Part shown: positions 62,846 to 64,000 of the stretch, piece by piece
How positions within the stretch are numbered: position 1 is the first letter of the stretch
How the letters are laid out: each line of letters begins with the position of its first letter
The notes under the pieces: generated by a model
What the model saw: only the letters and a program-made list of their open reading frames with translations
Told to the model about the DNA's origin: nothing
The model's database searches: none
Made by a program: the position numbers and the translations under genes
DNA from: Ascidiella aspersa
Lineage: Eukaryota
Direction of reading: 5' to 3'
Length of the DNA: 64,000 bases
Assembly: GCA_963924565.1 (NCBI GenBank)
Contig: OZ004614.1
Location: forward strand, 3,100,001-3,164,000

Positions 62846-63150
62846 AATATCTAAGTTCCCAATATAGAATTGCCATATGTACTCTCATGTATTTTATTCT
62901 ATATATATTTGTTTTGCTGTAAACCATTTTTTTAAAGAATAGAAACATTCATTATCAATTTTAGGTTAGGTGTGCAATGATGTTTGTTGATCCTGTGGAT
63001 ATTATTATTTTAAGAAACTCACAACCCGATTAGCTGTTTACAATAATAGAAACACATTTATTGTTAAATTCAATACATAAATCTTATTATATACAGTTTT
63101 TAATTATTATTCTTTCAGGTCCAGGTTGAATTTGTTTTTTATGAACTGAG

Positions 63151-64000
63151 ATGCCTATTCGGCCCAACATAAACCCAAACATGGATTTACCGCCTCGGCC
63201 GATGCCATTCATGGTGCCGCCGGACTATAGAATTCACCAAATGAACCGAAGACTACAGGAAAGGGTGGAAGAGTGCGACAACCAATGGTGGAACAGCTTT
63301 GCCAACGAGTTCTTCGACGACAAAGCCACTTTCACCTTGTCGTTTTTGCTCGAAGATGGTTTTAAACGCTATACAATCGGACGCACACTGATTCCAAGAT
63401 TCTTCCGAACAATGTTCGACAGCGGCGTCGTTGACATGCATCTGGAGCTGCGTCTCTCGAAGGAGTTTCAAAGTGCTGTTGGGGTTACGCTAGACTGCGA
63501 GCACACCACCATGGTAATGCACCATGCCAAGCCCGTGCCCACTAAGGTGTGCTCCGAAGGTCATTTGTGCGTTGACTTTATCGCCGACGAAATGATGCGA
63601 ATACGATCGTGGCATTTTTCCATCCGCAACCACCTTGAATATATTCCTAAGCAGGCTCCGATGCAAAACCCTGGAATGCTCGAAGACCTGTGTAAGAACA
63701 CCACAAGACAGGGACTAACCTCACCCATGCTAAACTACCTAAAAATGTGCGTTATTATCGAACCAATGAAAGAACTAATGTCTCGGCAGAAAGCCTGCAA
63801 CATGGACCCGAGAGACTGCCTAAAAAACTGCCTATTTCAGAAATGGCAACGTATGCTAAATCCACCAGAAACAACCCGACCACCAAAGCGTCCGTCAAGA
63901 AAGCGCAAAAATTCGAGCAACACAAACCAGGTAAACTCGGTTCAAGTGCCGAAGAAGAAAGGCTTCGCAACCTCCGATGTAATGATGGTCGGCGAACCAA
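63151..64000 (+). CDS. LDB: LIM domain-binding protein (LDB1/LDB2/Chip family), 3' partial
   Basis: Open frame from ATG 63151 to the window end: DYRIHQMNRRLQERVEECDNQWWNSFANEFFDD..LEDGFKRYTIGRTLIPRFFR (dimerisation domain), MMRIRSWHFSIRNHLEYIP, LNYLKMCVIIEPMKELMSRQK..PRDCLKNCLFQKWQRM (LCCD region), KRPSRKRK (NLS), DVMMVGEP (start of LIM-interaction domain). Acceptor TCTTTCAG| at 63118. Absent from the ORF track because there is no stop in the window. Confidence 0.95.
   Translation, partial: MPIRPNINPNMDLPPRPMPFMVPPDYRIHQMNRRLQERVEECDNQWWNSFANEFFDDKATFTLSFLLEDGFKRYTIGRTLIPRFFRTMFDSGVVDMHLELRLSKEFQSAVGVTLDCEHTTMVMHHAKPVPTKVCSEGHLCVDFIADEMMRIRSWHFSIRNHLEYIPKQAPMQNPGMLEDLCKNTTRQGLTSPMLNYLKMCVIIEPMKELMSRQKACNMDPRDCLKNCLFQKWQRMLNPPETTRPPKRPSRKRKNSSNTNQVNSVQVPKKKGFATSDVMMVGEP

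Noticed and set aside
63253-64000. Minus-strand ORFs 63253-63471 and 63755-64000
   Set aside because: Antisense shadows of the LDB coding frame.
1-64000. tRNA, rRNA, snRNA or conserved microRNA genes
   Set aside because: No cloverleaf, rRNA signature or recognisable mature miRNA was seen by eye. tRNAscan-SE and Infernal runs would be needed to exclude them fully.

Overview
This is AT-rich eukaryotic genomic DNA with GT-AG introns, most consistent with an invertebrate chordate such as an ascidian (inference from gene content, short AT-rich introns and frequent TGACGTCA). Three protein-coding genes lie on the + strand: (1) the last four exons of a class 6 semaphorin (<1-3246; end of Sema domain, PSI domain, TM helix, long cytoplasmic tail); (2) an RBM47/A1CF/RBM46-family RNA-binding protein in four coding exons (51530-58899; 3 RRMs plus a C-terminal dsRBD-like domain), which needs an upstream non-coding exon or spliced leader; (3) an LDB/Chip LIM-domain-binding gene whose reading frame is uninterrupted from 63151 to the window edge and which the ORF track missed. 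About 47 kb between genes 1 and 2 has no credible intact coding gene. It contains many short non-autonomous DNA-transposon copies (hAT-like and foldback MITEs), local tandem duplications, a broken Sushi/CCP exon and enhancer-like patches; a CR1 LINE remnant lies just upstream of LDB. The most notable observation is a set of minimal hammerhead-ribozyme motifs in two clear families and one degenerate family (13.9, 24.0, 46.6-46.7, 54.6, 54.85-55.07 kb). Several sit at the tip of long inverted repeats whose arm sequence differs from copy to copy. All calls were made by eye; no search or folding program was run.
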